Made by a program: the position numbers and the translations under genes. The notes beneath the pieces were generated by a model that did not search any database, was not told where the DNA came from, and was given only the letters and a program-made list of their open reading frames with translations. A stretch of DNA of 64,000 nucleotides, from NCBI GenBank assembly GCA_965223705.1, contig OZ245015.1, positions 2,688,001-2,752,000 on the forward strand. The letters are read 5' to 3'. Positions 1 through 10,042 of this stretch are shown here, piece after piece. Numbering within the stretch: the stretch's first letter is position 1; every line of letters begins with the position of its first letter. This DNA comes from Myxococcota bacterium. GTDB lineage: Bacteria; Myxococcota_A; UBA9160; UBA6930.

Positions 1-12
1 AGACGGGCGCGC

Positions 13-61
13 TGTCCCCCGGGGACATTCGAGTTGACCCGCCGCTCTCGGTTCATAGCTT
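13..61 (+). promoter_or_regulatory. Putative sigma70-type promoter of lon (TTGACC-16-TAGCTT) with upstream palindrome TGTCCCC-C-GGGGACA
   Basis: -35 TTGACC at 34-39 and -10 TAGCTT at 56-61. GTG start is 6 nt downstream with no Shine-Dalgarno. Perfect 7-bp inverted repeat at 13-27. Confidence 0.45.
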
Positions 62-67
62 TGCGCT

Positions 68-2443
68 GTGACTGACAATCCCGTGATCCGCGCCCGCACG
101 CCGATGGGCGAAGACCTCATTCTGCAAGCGGCGATGCCGCTCCTCCCGGTCCGCGACGCCGTGGTTTTCCCGGGCATGACGGTACCGCTCGCGGTCGGCC
201 GAGCCGGCTCGTTGGCCGCGCTCGATGCCGCCGGCGCGGGCGGGCTCGTCATCATCGGCACCCAGCGCGATCCCCACACCGAGGACCCGGGTCTCGAAGA
301 GCTCTACGAATACGGTTGTATCGGGCGCCTCGTCCGCGTTGTCGACACGCGCGGCGGCGGGAAGCAAGCCGTCGTCGTCGGTCTGTTGCGCGTCCGAATT
401 CGCGAAACCGAAAGCGTCGCTCCTCATCTCCGCGTCCGCTTCGAGGCCGTCGAAGAGGCCGAGGGGGACGATCCGGCGTCGCGACTCGCACGACAACGCG
501 TACTCGAGCTCGCGCACCGCGTGATCGATTTGCGCGACGACTATCCGAATGAGTGGAAGCAGGGACTCACCGAGCTGCCGAACGCGTCCATGCTCGCAGA
601 CCTCATCGCTTCGAATCTCCCCCTCTCCCCCGAGCAGCGAATCGAGTTCCTGCGACAGGGCGACCCGGTCGCACGGCTCGGCATGCTCACCGATCACCTC
701 GAGCGCGAGGTCACGATCGCCGAGACTCAGCGCTCCTTCCAAAACCGCGCGGAAGGCGAGGACGATCCGGCGCAACGAGAGCGGCTCCTGCGCCGTCGTA
801 TGCGCGATATCCAGGCAGAACTCGGAGAGAGCGATCTCGGACAGCAGGAGGTCGATGAGCTTCGCGACCGTCTCGACGAGGCGGGGCTACCCGAAGAGGC
901 TCAAGCCCAAGCAGACCGAGAGCTGAAACGGTTGGTCTCCCTCGCGCCGCAAGCGCCGGAGCGGCACCTGATCCGGACCTACCTCGACTGGATGGCAGAC
1001 CTGCCTTGGTCCGTCGAGACCGAGGATCACCTCGATCTCTCCCGGGCGCGGGAAATTCTCGACGAAGATCATCACGGCCTCGACAAAGTGAAGGAGCGCA
1101 TCCTCGAATACTTGGCCGTCCGCAAACTCGCGCCCGACGCGAAAGCGCCGATCCTGTGTTTCGTCGGTCCGCCGGGCGTGGGCAAGACTTCCCTAGGCCG
1201 CTCTATTGCGCGCGCGCTCGACCGGCGTTTCGCACGTGCGTCGCTCGGTGGCGTCCGGGACGAAGCCGAGATTCGCGGCCATCGGCGCACCTACGTCGGC
1301 TCGCTCCCCGGTCGCGTGTTGCAGAGCCTGCGCCGAGCGGGCTCCCGGAACCCCGTCTTCCTCCTCGATGAAATCGACAAGCTCGGCGCCGACTTTCGGG
1401 GCGATCCGTCGTCGGCGCTCCTCGAAGTTCTCGACCCTGAGCAAAACCAGACCTTTAGCGATCACTACCTAGAGGTCTCTTTCGATCTCTCGAGAGTGCT
1501 CTTCATCGCCACCGCCAACACGCGGGCGACCATCCCGCCGGCGCTCCTCGACCGCATGGAGGTGATCGAGCTGCCGGGATATACGGACGCCGAAAAGCGA
1601 GCGATCGCGCGGACGCACCTGGTGCCGAAGCAGTCCGAGGGTCACGGGCTCGACGCGTCGCGCGTCCTTGTCGAAGACGACGCGATCGAGCTGATCGTCG
1701 AGGAGTACACCCGAGAAGCCGGCGTGAGGAATCTCGAGCGACACGTGGCCTCTCTCATGCGCAAGGCGGCGGCGAAGATCGCTGGCGCGGACGAAACGCC
1801 CGAGCCGTTGGTCATCGATGCCGCGTTCGCGAAAGAGGCACTGGGCGCTCCTCCCCACCTCCCGGAAACCGCCGAGCGAACGACGCAACCCGGTGTCGTC
1901 GTGGGCCTCGCCGCCACGACCCACGGCGGTGACATCCTGTTTATCGAGGCGACGGCCATCTCCGGCGGTAAAGGCGTGCGGCTCCGGCTGACGGGCCAGT
2001 TGGGCGACGTGATGCGCGAGTCCGCGGAGACGGCGCTCTCGTGGGTGCGGGCGAATGCCGAAGAGCTCGGACTCGATTCCGACGCCCTCGGCGCCGGCGA
2101 GATCCACGTCCACGTACCGGCGGGCGCGACGCCCAAGGACGGCCCTTCGGCGGGAGTCGCGCTGGCGTCGGCCATCGTTTCTGTCCTTTCCGGGCGACGC
2201 GCGGCGGGGAACCTCGCCATGACGGGAGAACTGTCGCTCCGCGGGCGCGTGCTCCCGGTGGGCGGCATCAAAGAAAAACTCCTCGCCGCGGCGCGCTCGG
2301 GGATCGACACGGTGATCCTGCCCAAAAGAAACGAGAAAGATCTCGTCGAAGTCCCGGAAGACGTGCGCAAAGCACTGACGATCATTCCCGTCGAGGAGAT
2401 CGGTGACGTGCTTCACCACGTGCTCGAACCGAAGCCGGCCTAA
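68..2443 (+). CDS. lon: ATP-dependent Lon protease (endopeptidase La), copy 1
   Basis: LON N-domain (LPVRDAVVFPG), Walker A GPPGVGKTS, Walker [17 protein letters not shown], catalytic PKDGPSAG and GGIKEK. Confidence 0.97.
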   Translation: MTDNPVIRARTPMGEDLILQAAMPLLPVRDAVVFPGMTVPLAVGRAGSLAALDAAGAGGLVIIGTQRDPHTEDPGLEELYEYGCIGRLVRVVDTRGGGKQAVVVGLLRVRIRETESVAPHLRVRFEAVEEAEGDDPASRLARQRVLELAHRVIDLRDDYPNEWKQGLTELPNASMLADLIASNLPLSPEQRIEFLRQGDPVARLGMLTDHLEREVTIAETQRSFQNRAEGEDDPAQRERLLRRRMRDIQAELGESDLGQQEVDELRDRLDEAGLPEEAQAQADRELKRLVSLAPQAPERHLIRTYLDWMADLPWSVETEDHLDLSRAREILDEDHHGLDKVKERILEYLAVRKLAPDAKAPILCFVGPPGVGKTSLGRSIARALDRRFARASLGGVRDEAEIRGHRRTYVGSLPGRVLQSLRRAGSRNPVFLLDEIDKLGADFRGDPSSALLEVLDPEQNQTFSDHYLEVSFDLSRVLFIATANTRATIPPALLDRMEVIELPGYTDAEKRAIARTHLVPKQSEGHGLDASRVLVEDDAIELIVEEYTREAGVRNLERHVASLMRKAAAKIAGADETPEPLVIDAAFAKEALGAPPHLPETAERTTQPGVVVGLAATTHGGDILFIEATAISGGKGVRLRLTGQLGDVMRESAETALSWVRANAEELGLDSDALGAGEIHVHVPAGATPKDGPSAGVALASAIVSVLSGRRAAGNLAMTGELSLRGRVLPVGGIKEKLLAAARSGIDTVILPKRNEKDLVEVPEDVRKALTIIPVEEIGDVLHHVLEPKPA

Positions 2444-2456
2444 TCGCGTAAGGCCC

Positions 2457-2485
2457 TTGGTCCGAGCGGTACGGGCCGCTATAGA
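2457..2485 (+). promoter_or_regulatory. Putative promoter TTGGTC-17-TATAGA upstream of wcaJ-like gene
   Basis: Spacing of 17 bp. ATG at 2492 lies just downstream with no SD, suggesting a leaderless transcript. Confidence 0.35.
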
Positions 2486-2491
2486 CCCCAC

Positions 2492-3883
2492 ATGCTGAAA
2501 CGCCATCAGGAGGTGTTCCGCACCTCCATCATATTGGCGGATCTATGTCTCATCGCGGCCTCCTGGATCGCGGCGTACGTCGTGCGCTTTTTCACCGTTT
2601 TCGAGTCACCTCAAGGCGTTCCCGACGCCCTTCCCTACAACCAGCTGCTCTTCCTCATTCTGCCGCTCTGGTTCGTGCTGTTCCGCCAACAGGGGCTCTA
2701 CGACGCGAGGCGCAGCGCACGCCCTTGGTCCGAGCCGCTGGCGATCCTGCGCGCGTCGAGCCTGGGTGTCGCGGTCCTGGTCGGCGTGTCCTTCTTCGCG
2801 TACGTCAACTTGTCGCGGTCGGTGGTGGTGATCTTCTTCGCGATGGCCACCGTGTCGGTGTCCGCGTGTCGGCTCTCGATTCGGGCGCTGCTGCGGGTCT
2901 TGCGCCGACGGGGCTACAACCTGCGCTACGCGCTCGTGGTGGGCGAAGGTCCTCCGGCGGAAGCCGTCATCGAGCGCTTCGCGGCGCACCCCGAGATGGG
3001 CGTGCGCGTGGTCGGCGTTCTCGACACGGAGGGCCATCGGGGGCGAATCGCCGGGCTGCCGGTTCTCGGCGCGTTCGGCGATCTCAAGCGGGAAGTCTCC
3101 CAACGACGGATCGATCAAGTCATCGTCGCACTGCCGGCTGTCGCTTCCCACCGCGCCGAAGAAATCCTCGAAGCGCTCGACCACGAGACGGTGACCGTGC
3201 GCATCGTGCCGGACCTCCCGCAGATCTTTCGGCTTCGCAGTAGCGTCGAAGACCTCGATGGGCTCGCCATGGTGGCCCTGCGCGAGAGCCCGTTCATCGG
3301 CTGGGCAGCCGTTCAAAAGCGCGTGTTCGACATCGTCGTGTCGGGGCTCGGGCTCCTCTTCGCCGCGCCCGTGCTCCTCCTCATCGCGGCCGCCGTGTGG
3401 ATCACCTCGGGTCGACCGATTTTCTACCGACAAGAGCGCATGGGCCTCGACGGCAAGCTGTTCTCGATGTGGAAGTTCCGAACCATGGCAACGGACGCAG
3501 AAGACGGCAGCGGTCCGCGCTGGGCATCACCGGACGATCCGCGCCGAACGCCCCTCGGGCCTTTCCTGCGCGGGACGAGCCTCGACGAGCTCCCGCAACT
3601 GTGGAACGTGCTGCGTGGCGACATGAGCTTGGTCGGGCCGCGGCCGGAGAGGCCGGTGTTCATCGAAGAATTTCGCCGCGAGATTCCCGGCTACATGCTC
3701 CGTCACAAAGTCAAGGCCGGTGTCACGGGCTGGGCCCAAGTGAACGGCTGGCGAGGCGATACGTGTCTCAACGAGCGCGTCGACCACGACATCTACTACA
3801 TCGAGAACTGGTCGCTCGGCCTCGACGTGCGCATCCTCGTGCTGACGCTGTGGCGGGGAATGGTCCACCGCAACGCCTACTGA
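2492..3883 (+). CDS. Undecaprenyl-phosphate glucose/sugar phosphotransferase (WcaJ/WbaP-type initiating PGT)
   Basis: N-terminal TM helices plus a bacterial sugar transferase domain: KRVFDI, KFRTM, DELPQLWNVLRGDMSLVGPRPE, GVTGWAQVNG, DIYYIENWS. Confidence 0.93.
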   Translation: MLKRHQEVFRTSIILADLCLIAASWIAAYVVRFFTVFESPQGVPDALPYNQLLFLILPLWFVLFRQQGLYDARRSARPWSEPLAILRASSLGVAVLVGVSFFAYVNLSRSVVVIFFAMATVSVSACRLSIRALLRVLRRRGYNLRYALVVGEGPPAEAVIERFAAHPEMGVRVVGVLDTEGHRGRIAGLPVLGAFGDLKREVSQRRIDQVIVALPAVASHRAEEILEALDHETVTVRIVPDLPQIFRLRSSVEDLDGLAMVALRESPFIGWAAVQKRVFDIVVSGLGLLFAAPVLLLIAAAVWITSGRPIFYRQERMGLDGKLFSMWKFRTMATDAEDGSGPRWASPDDPRRTPLGPFLRGTSLDELPQLWNVLRGDMSLVGPRPERPVFIEEFRREIPGYMLRHKVKAGVTGWAQVNGWRGDTCLNERVDHDIYYIENWSLGLDVRILVLTLWRGMVHRNAY

Positions 3884-4665
3884 TGGCTGCCGCGACGCCC
3901 TCGACACGCCTTTCGACGCCCGCCGATGTGACGGATCGCGAGCTGCTGGCGGACCTGCAGGCGCAAGCACGGACACCCGAGGGCCGGGCCCTGCTCCAGT
4001 TCCGCAGCCGGACGGCAGCCCATCAGTACCTTCCGCTGTACGAGCTGGTGAGGCGTCACGTCCCCCGCGGCGACGCGATGCTCGATTGGGGCGCCGGCAA
4101 TGGCCACTTCAGTTTCTTTCTGTTGCGCAACGGGTATCGCGTTACGAGCTATCGCCTGGCGGAGACCCGGGACGACGCCTGGCTCGCCGATCCCGGTGAT
4201 CGGGTGATCGGCGACGGCCGCGACGTTCGTGCGCTCCCCTTCGACGACGACGCTTTCGATGCGGTGAGCTCGATCGGCGTACTCGAACACGTCGCCGACG
4301 GCGGCGGGGATTTCGCCGAGAGCTTGCGTGAGCTCCACCGGGTGACCCGCGAGGGCGGCGCGCTGGTCGTCTTTCATCTGCCCCAAGCCAGCAGCTGGAT
4401 CGAAGCGATCGCCCGCCGCGTGCCCGGCGCGCACGCGCACACGCACCCGTTCCGGCGAGCCGAAATCGAGAGCCTGCTGCGGGAGACGGGCTGGCGCATC
4501 CGCGAAAGTGCCCGCTACGCGTTCCTACCGCGGAATTTTTGGGGACGCTTTCCGTCGTGGGGCGACGCGTCGCGCGTGACGGAAACCTGGGACCACGCCG
4601 ACCAACGCCTCGCGCGACTGCTCCCCCCGCTCTGCCAAAATTTCGCCATCGTCGCGGGCAAGTGA
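3883..4665 (+). CDS. Class I SAM-dependent methyltransferase
   Basis: ATG overlaps the upstream stop (TGATG). Motifs LDWGAGNG, LPFDDDAFDAV, VLEHV. Start taken inside the ORF 3397..4665. Confidence 0.85.
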   Translation: MAAATPSTRLSTPADVTDRELLADLQAQARTPEGRALLQFRSRTAAHQYLPLYELVRRHVPRGDAMLDWGAGNGHFSFFLLRNGYRVTSYRLAETRDDAWLADPGDRVIGDGRDVRALPFDDDAFDAVSSIGVLEHVADGGGDFAESLRELHRVTREGGALVVFHLPQASSWIEAIARRVPGAHAHTHPFRRAEIESLLRETGWRIRESARYAFLPRNFWGRFPSWGDASRVTETWDHADQRLARLLPPLCQNFAIVAGK

Positions 4666-5981
4666 CGCACCTCCTCTTCATCGCGTACCACATGCCGCCG
4701 GCGGGCGGGATTCCGATTCGCCGCGCGATGCGCTTTCTCCGCCACCTCCCCGATCACGGAATCCGGTGCTCCCTTCTCTCTGCCGATTCGCCCTACGACC
4801 CGTACCACCCAGCGGACGTCGAAGGCGTCTCGACGCTCGCGCGCTTGAACCTCGAACGCACGATCCGGGCGCCGGCTCGTGCGGGTGCGGAACGCGTTGC
4901 CGCTTTCGGTTGGCGCGCGTTGCGCGCGGCCCTCGACAGGCGCAGCCCGTCCGGCGGGGCGACCGCAGGCCCCGCGAGCGGGCGTTTCGGCGCGCTGCGA
5001 AGGGCGGCGGGCGGCACCCTTTTCTTCCCCGACCCCAAAGCCCGCTGGGCGCGGAGTGCCGAACACGAGGCACTCGACGTGTTCTCCGCCGATCCCTGGG
5101 ACGTCATCCTGGCGACGGCCTACCCCTGGTCTTCGCTCGTCGTGGCACAGCGGCTAGCGGAGAGGACCGACACTCCGTGGTTCGCGGATCTCCGCGACGC
5201 GTGGGTCGACAATCCCCGCGGCCTGTTCGCTTCCGAGCGACACCGGACGCTGGAACAGCGCACGCTCCTCCGCGCGTCGGGCATCGTCGCGGCGACGCAG
5301 GGCATCGAAGACGCGTTGCGCCGCCGCTATGGCGACGCGCTTCCGCCGACCGAAACCATCTACACGGGCTTTGATGAGATCGAAAGAGGCGGGGACGCTC
5401 CGTGTCGGGATCATGAGAAGCTCGTCATCACGTACACCGGCACATTTAACGATGCGCTTCCGCCGTCGCCGCTCGATCAGAGCCCCTACGCGCTCCTCCA
5501 GGCCATCGAGTCGCTCGACACGCGCGCGCGAAGCGGCCTCGAGGTTCGGCTCGTTGGCCGGCTCGGAGAAAAGTACCGGCGCTGGATCGAAGACGCGCCT
5601 CGGCTCGACTGCGTGCGTGCGATCGGCCCGGTTTCCCACGACCGCGCCCTCGCCGAGCAGCGCGCCGCGGACGTTCTGCTCGTCGTGGTCGGCGCGGCGC
5701 CGGAAAACGCCGGTGTCCTGACCGGAAAATTCGTCGAGTACGTGGGAACGGGACGACCGATTTGGGCGCTCGCACCCGAGGGAGAGCTCACCCGTCACGT
5801 CCGGTCGGTGGGCGGGCGCGTCGATCCGCCCGCGGACACCGATGCGATCGCAACAGCGATCCTCGAATGGTCCGATCTCAAACGGCGGGACGCCCTGCCC
5901 CGTTCGGAGCGCGCCCGTGCTTGGTCGGCCTCCGCACGAGCGGCGCGATTGGCGGAACTGCTGCGGAGCGTCGCCGCTTAG
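4662..5981 (+). CDS. Glycosyltransferase, GT4-like (GT-B fold)
   Basis: GTGA overlap start. Motifs LFIAYHMPP.GG, ADLRDAW, YTGTF, GKFVEY..TGRPI, typical of GT4-like LPS/EPS transferases. Confidence 0.82.
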   Translation: MTHLLFIAYHMPPAGGIPIRRAMRFLRHLPDHGIRCSLLSADSPYDPYHPADVEGVSTLARLNLERTIRAPARAGAERVAAFGWRALRAALDRRSPSGGATAGPASGRFGALRRAAGGTLFFPDPKARWARSAEHEALDVFSADPWDVILATAYPWSSLVVAQRLAERTDTPWFADLRDAWVDNPRGLFASERHRTLEQRTLLRASGIVAATQGIEDALRRRYGDALPPTETIYTGFDEIERGGDAPCRDHEKLVITYTGTFNDALPPSPLDQSPYALLQAIESLDTRARSGLEVRLVGRLGEKYRRWIEDAPRLDCVRAIGPVSHDRALAEQRAADVLLVVVGAAPENAGVLTGKFVEYVGTGRPIWALAPEGELTRHVRSVGGRVDPPADTDAIATAILEWSDLKRRDALPRSERARAWSASARAARLAELLRSVAA

Positions 5982-7135
5982 AAGAACTCGACGACCGACT
6001 GCACGACGTGGTCGAGTTGGGCGCGGGTGAGCTCCGGATAGACCGGTAGCGCGAGCGTCGACGCAGCGGCCGCTTCCGCGTGAGGGCAGTCGCCGACCTT
6101 GCCGCCGACGTCTGCGAAGCATTCCTGAAGATGAAGCGGAAGCGGGTAGTAGATCTCCGTGCCGATCTCTTTTTCGGCGAGGTGCGCGCGCAATGCGTCA
6201 CGTTTCTCGCCGGGTACCCGGATCACGTATTGGTTGTAGATGTGAGTCGCCGGCGGCGCCGCGACCGCGGGCGTCCGAACCGGAAAATCGGTCGAGGCGA
6301 CTTCGTCCGCGCTGGTTCCCGCGCCAGCGGCGGAAAAGGCGGCGTCATAGTGCGCCGCGTTCTGTTGACGGGCCTTCGTCCAACTGTCGAGGTGACGGAG
6401 CTTTACCCGAAGGATCGCCGCCTGAATCGCGTCGAGGCGCGAGTTGATGCCGACAGCCGGGTGGTAGTACTTGGGCTTCGAGCCGTGAACCCGCAACATG
6501 GCGATGCGCTCCGCCCACGCTTCGTTGCGGCACACCACCATTCCCGCGTCGCCGAACGCCCCGAGGTTCTTCGACGGAAAGAAGCTGAAGCACGTGAGCG
6601 TGTCGCGGGCTCCGACGCGCAGGCCCTCACCGTCGCGCGTGCCGATCGCCTGTGCGGCGTCTTCGATCACCGGAACGCCCAGTTCGCCGGCGACGGCCTG
6701 AACGGCTGCTGTGTCCGCCGCCTGGCCGTATAGATGGACGGGGATCACCGCCTTGAGATTCGTGCAGCGCGCGCCGAGCTCCCGCACCGAATCCACCGAG
6801 ATGTTGTAGGTCGCCGGGTCGATGTCGGCGAAGACCGGGCGTGCCCCCAGCCGGGAGATCGCGCCCGCCGTCGCGAAGAACGTGTAGGTGGGGCAGATCA
6901 CTTCGTCGCCGACACCCACGTCGAGGGCCATCAGTGCCAGCAGCAGGGCATCCGAGCCGGAACCGCACCCGATACCGAGGCCGGATTCTGAGTACGTCGC
7001 GACTTCTTCCTCGAGCCGCTTCACTTCGTCGCCGAGGATGAATTGTTGAGACTCGACCACCCGCGCGAGCGTCTCTTCGACCTCGCCGCGGATTGTTCCG
7101 TACTGAGCCTTCAAGTCGAGCAGCGGAACTTTCAC
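5978..7135 (-). CDS. DegT/DnrJ/EryC1/StrS PLP-dependent sugar aminotransferase (WbpE-like)
   Basis: VPLLDLKAQY, SGSDAL, VIEDAAQAIG, SFFPSKNLGAFGDAG (PLP Lys), NSRLDAIQAA. GTG start overlaps the upstream TGA. Confidence 0.93.
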   Translation of the reverse strand: MKVPLLDLKAQYGTIRGEVEETLARVVESQQFILGDEVKRLEEEVATYSESGLGIGCGSGSDALLLALMALDVGVGDEVICPTYTFFATAGAISRLGARPVFADIDPATYNISVDSVRELGARCTNLKAVIPVHLYGQAADTAAVQAVAGELGVPVIEDAAQAIGTRDGEGLRVGARDTLTCFSFFPSKNLGAFGDAGMVVCRNEAWAERIAMLRVHGSKPKYYHPAVGINSRLDAIQAAILRVKLRHLDSWTKARQQNAAHYDAAFSAAGAGTSADEVASTDFPVRTPAVAAPPATHIYNQYVIRVPGEKRDALRAHLAEKEIGTEIYYPLPLHLQECFADVGGKVGDCPHAEAAAASTLALPVYPELTRAQLDHVVQSVVEFF

Positions 7136-7761
7136 GGATTCGGGCCTCCGGTCGTGCCTTGGGTTTCGTGGACGGGTTTCAGCGTGTCTTCGGCCGCTTC
7201 GTACAAGTTGCCGCAAGCGGCGCAGGGGATCGAGCCGAGGCTCCCGGCGAGGGTGACGCCGCAGCGACAGACCCAGCCGGCGCGCCTCGCGGGTACGCCC
7301 AGCATCAGGGCGTACGGTGCGACGTCCTGGGTAATCACCGCCCCGGCGCCGACGAGAGCGTACCGTCCGATCTCGACTCCGCAGACCACCGTCGCGTTCG
7401 CTCCGAGGGTCGCGCCGATCCGCACGCGCGTTTCGCGGTACTCGTTCTTGCGCGGGATCTCACTCCGCGGGTTGACGACGTTCGTGAAGACCATCGACGG
7501 GCCGCAGAACACGTCGTCCTCGAGCGTCACGCCCTCGTACACCGATACGTTGTTCTGAATCTTGACCCGATTGCCCAGGGTGACACCCGGCGAAATCACG
7601 ACGTTTTGACCGAGGTTGCAATCGCGACCGATGCGACTCCCTTCCATCACGTGCGAGAAGTGCCAGATCCGGGTCCCGGGACCGATTTCGCAAGGGAGGT
7701 CGACGTACACCGATTCGTGCAACGAGACGCCCGGGAAATCGTCGTCGTTTGTGTGCGACAC
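7132..7761 (-). CDS. Left-handed beta-helix N-acetyltransferase (WbpD/WlbB-like)
   Basis: IWHFSHV, CNLGQNV, KIQNNVSVY, FCGPSMVFTNV.NPRS hexapeptide repeats and a C-terminal CxC...CxxC. Confidence 0.9.
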   Translation of the reverse strand: MSHTNDDDFPGVSLHESVYVDLPCEIGPGTRIWHFSHVMEGSRIGRDCNLGQNVVISPGVTLGNRVKIQNNVSVYEGVTLEDDVFCGPSMVFTNVVNPRSEIPRKNEYRETRVRIGATLGANATVVCGVEIGRYALVGAGAVITQDVAPYALMLGVPARRAGWVCRCGVTLAGSLGSIPCAACGNLYEAAEDTLKPVHETQGTTGGPNP

Positions 7762-7764
7762 GAG

Positions 7765-8835
7765 CTAGGAGTGGGCCATGTGCGACGCGAACCGCGGAGC
7801 CGGTGCCCCCAGAGTCGGCTCGCTCGGCACCGCGATCGCCGCGCCGTTGCGCGTGAGCGATCGCTGCGACGCGTGCAGGATTTTCAGGACGTCGACGCCG
7901 CTGCGGCCGTCGGTGAGCGGCGCACGCCGCGCTTCGATGCAGTCGAGGAAATGCCGACACTCGTTGCGCAGTGGCTCCTCGCTCCAGTCGATCTCGACGG
8001 GTATGCCCGGGTGCCTTTTCGGGACGGGCTGCCCTTCCCGCCAGTCCACCTCGACGTCCCAGGACAAGAGCTCTTTCGTGACGTCGTCGAAGCTGACCAT
8101 GCGCTTCGATCCGATCACGACGAGGCGTTGCTCCTTGAAAGGATGCAACCAAGAGACGTAGATGTGCGCCCGGACGCCGTTGTCGAACAGGAGCTGAGTC
8201 ACGGTGACGTCCGCCACGTTGGGCTGCACGTACGAGCCGCCCGTCGCGACGACTTCGAAAGGCATTTGCCCGACCAGCCGGAGAATGACCGCGAGATCGT
8301 GCGGCGCGAACGACCACAGCGCGTTCTCTTCCGTGCGGATCTTGCCGAGGTTCAACCGGTTCGATGTGATGTAGCGCAGCTTGCCGAGCTCGCCGGTCTC
8401 GATGAGCTCTCGAATCTTCAGAATCGCGGGGTGGTACTCGAGGAGGTGCCCCACCATGAGGATCCGGTCGAGTTCCTGCGCGCGCTGCGAGAGGGCGCGT
8501 CCCTCGTCGACATCGATCGTCAGGGGCTTTTCGACGAACACGTCTTTGCCCGCCTCGAGCGCCGCCGACGCCAGAGCGAAGTGGGTCTCGGCCGGTGTCG
8601 CGATCATCACGCCGCGAACCGCCGGATCGGACAACACCTCGCGCGGGTCGTCGACGACGGGAACACCCGGCGCGACTTCGCCGGCGAGCGCACGACCTGC
8701 GGGATGCGTTTCGACGATCGCGTGCAACGCGCCTAGAGCCGAGAGATTGCGCGCCAGGTTCTTGCCCCAGTAACCGCACCCGAACAGCGCGACTCCGCCG
8801 GCGGTTGCTGCGCCGTTCCGCTGCGTGCCTGTCAT
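7765..8835 (-). CDS. Gfo/Idh/MocA oxidoreductase (WbpB/WlbA-like sugar 3-dehydrogenase)
   Basis: GCGYWGKN Rossmann motif, ATPAETH, VFVEKP, WSFAPHD. Sits directly upstream of the acetyltransferase and aminotransferase. Confidence 0.88.
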   Translation of the reverse strand: MTGTQRNGAATAGGVALFGCGYWGKNLARNLSALGALHAIVETHPAGRALAGEVAPGVPVVDDPREVLSDPAVRGVMIATPAETHFALASAALEAGKDVFVEKPLTIDVDEGRALSQRAQELDRILMVGHLLEYHPAILKIRELIETGELGKLRYITSNRLNLGKIRTEENALWSFAPHDLAVILRLVGQMPFEVVATGGSYVQPNVADVTVTQLLFDNGVRAHIYVSWLHPFKEQRLVVIGSKRMVSFDDVTKELLSWDVEVDWREGQPVPKRHPGIPVEIDWSEEPLRNECRHFLDCIEARRAPLTDGRSGVDVLKILHASQRSLTRNGAAIAVPSEPTLGAPAPRFASHMAHS

Positions 8836-8929
8836 GTCGCCCCCCTCGCTCGCAAAGTAACCTTTGGCCGGCCCACGTCAACAAAAAACGCCTTGTAGAA
8901 CGGGCACGTAGACTGGGCGCGACAAACGG

Positions 8930-10042
8930 CTAACGGAGCAGCGCGGCGAGTTCCGCGCGAAAGCCTCGACGGAACGTGTCGGGCCCGAAGTGAAGGGCGT
9001 GTCGACGAATCGCGGTGGGGGAAAAGTGATCGATGTCGCTTTCGAACGCGAGGATCGCTTCTCGGAGCGACTCCGGAGACTGATCCTCGAAGAAGACGCC
9101 GGTGGGTTCCGACCCTTCCGCGTCGCCCGCCACCACCGTTTCGGTCGCACCGCCGCGGGCGAACGCGATCACGGGACGGCCGCTCGCCTGAGCCTCGACG
9201 GGAATGATCCCGAAATCCTCTTCTTGCGGATAGATGAGCGCCCGGCAGCCGGAATAGAGATCGGCCAGTTGCGCATCCGAAACCCGACCGAGGAAACGCA
9301 CGTTCGACGGAGCGTCTGCTTCGAGGCGACGACGCGAGGGACCGTCACCCGCGACCACCAGACGCTGCGGGAGCCCTCGAAACGCTTCGATGGCGAGGTC
9401 CTCGCGCTTGTAAGGGACGAAGCCGCCGACCAGTAGGTAGAAATCCCGACTGCAAGCGGCGATGGAGAAGCGGTCGACTTCCACGGGTGGATAGACGAGG
9501 CCCGCGTCGCGGGCATAGCGGTTGCGGATCCGCTCGACGATGACGCGGGAGATCCCGACGAACCGCGTGACCTGTTGCGGACCGCTCGTCTTTCGATCGA
9601 AGCGCCGCAAGTAGTGAACGAGCGGCGCGGAGAGAAGCCGCTTGAGACCGTGTCCCAGGTACGCATCGGCCTGATCCCAGACGTAGCGCATGGGCGTAAA
9701 GCAGTAACAGAGGTGTGGCGTCTCCACGTCGTGAGGAAGCGCTTTTGCGACCGCGTGATGAGTCGAAACGAGCAGGTCGTAGCCCCGGGCTTCGAGTTGC
9801 GAAACGGCCCACGGAAAAAGCGGCAGGAAGCGTCGGTAGCGCCGGCGAACCCAAGGCCGGTTGAGCGGGCTCGCGACGATGGTCCGGTCCTCGATGCGCG
9901 GCGACGTCGAGCCCGGCTCGTGGAGCAACGTGAAAAGATCGGCCTTCGGGAACATGCGGCACAGCTCTTCCAGGACGCGCTCGCCGCCGCGCATCCCGGT
10001 CAACCAATCGTGCACCAGCGCGACGCGCGCCCCGTCCGTCAC
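8930..10042 (-). CDS. Glycosyltransferase family 4
   Basis: ALVHDWLTGMRGGERVL, YCFTPMRY.WD, EEDFGIIPVEAQASGRPVIA. GTG start overlaps the upstream TGA. Confidence 0.92.
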   Translation of the reverse strand: MTDGARVALVHDWLTGMRGGERVLEELCRMFPKADLFTLLHEPGSTSPRIEDRTIVASPLNRPWVRRRYRRFLPLFPWAVSQLEARGYDLLVSTHHAVAKALPHDVETPHLCYCFTPMRYVWDQADAYLGHGLKRLLSAPLVHYLRRFDRKTSGPQQVTRFVGISRVIVERIRNRYARDAGLVYPPVEVDRFSIAACSRDFYLLVGGFVPYKREDLAIEAFRGLPQRLVVAGDGPSRRRLEADAPSNVRFLGRVSDAQLADLYSGCRALIYPQEEDFGIIPVEAQASGRPVIAFARGGATETVVAGDAEGSEPTGVFFEDQSPESLREAILAFESDIDHFSPTAIRRHALHFGPDTFRRGFRAELAALLR

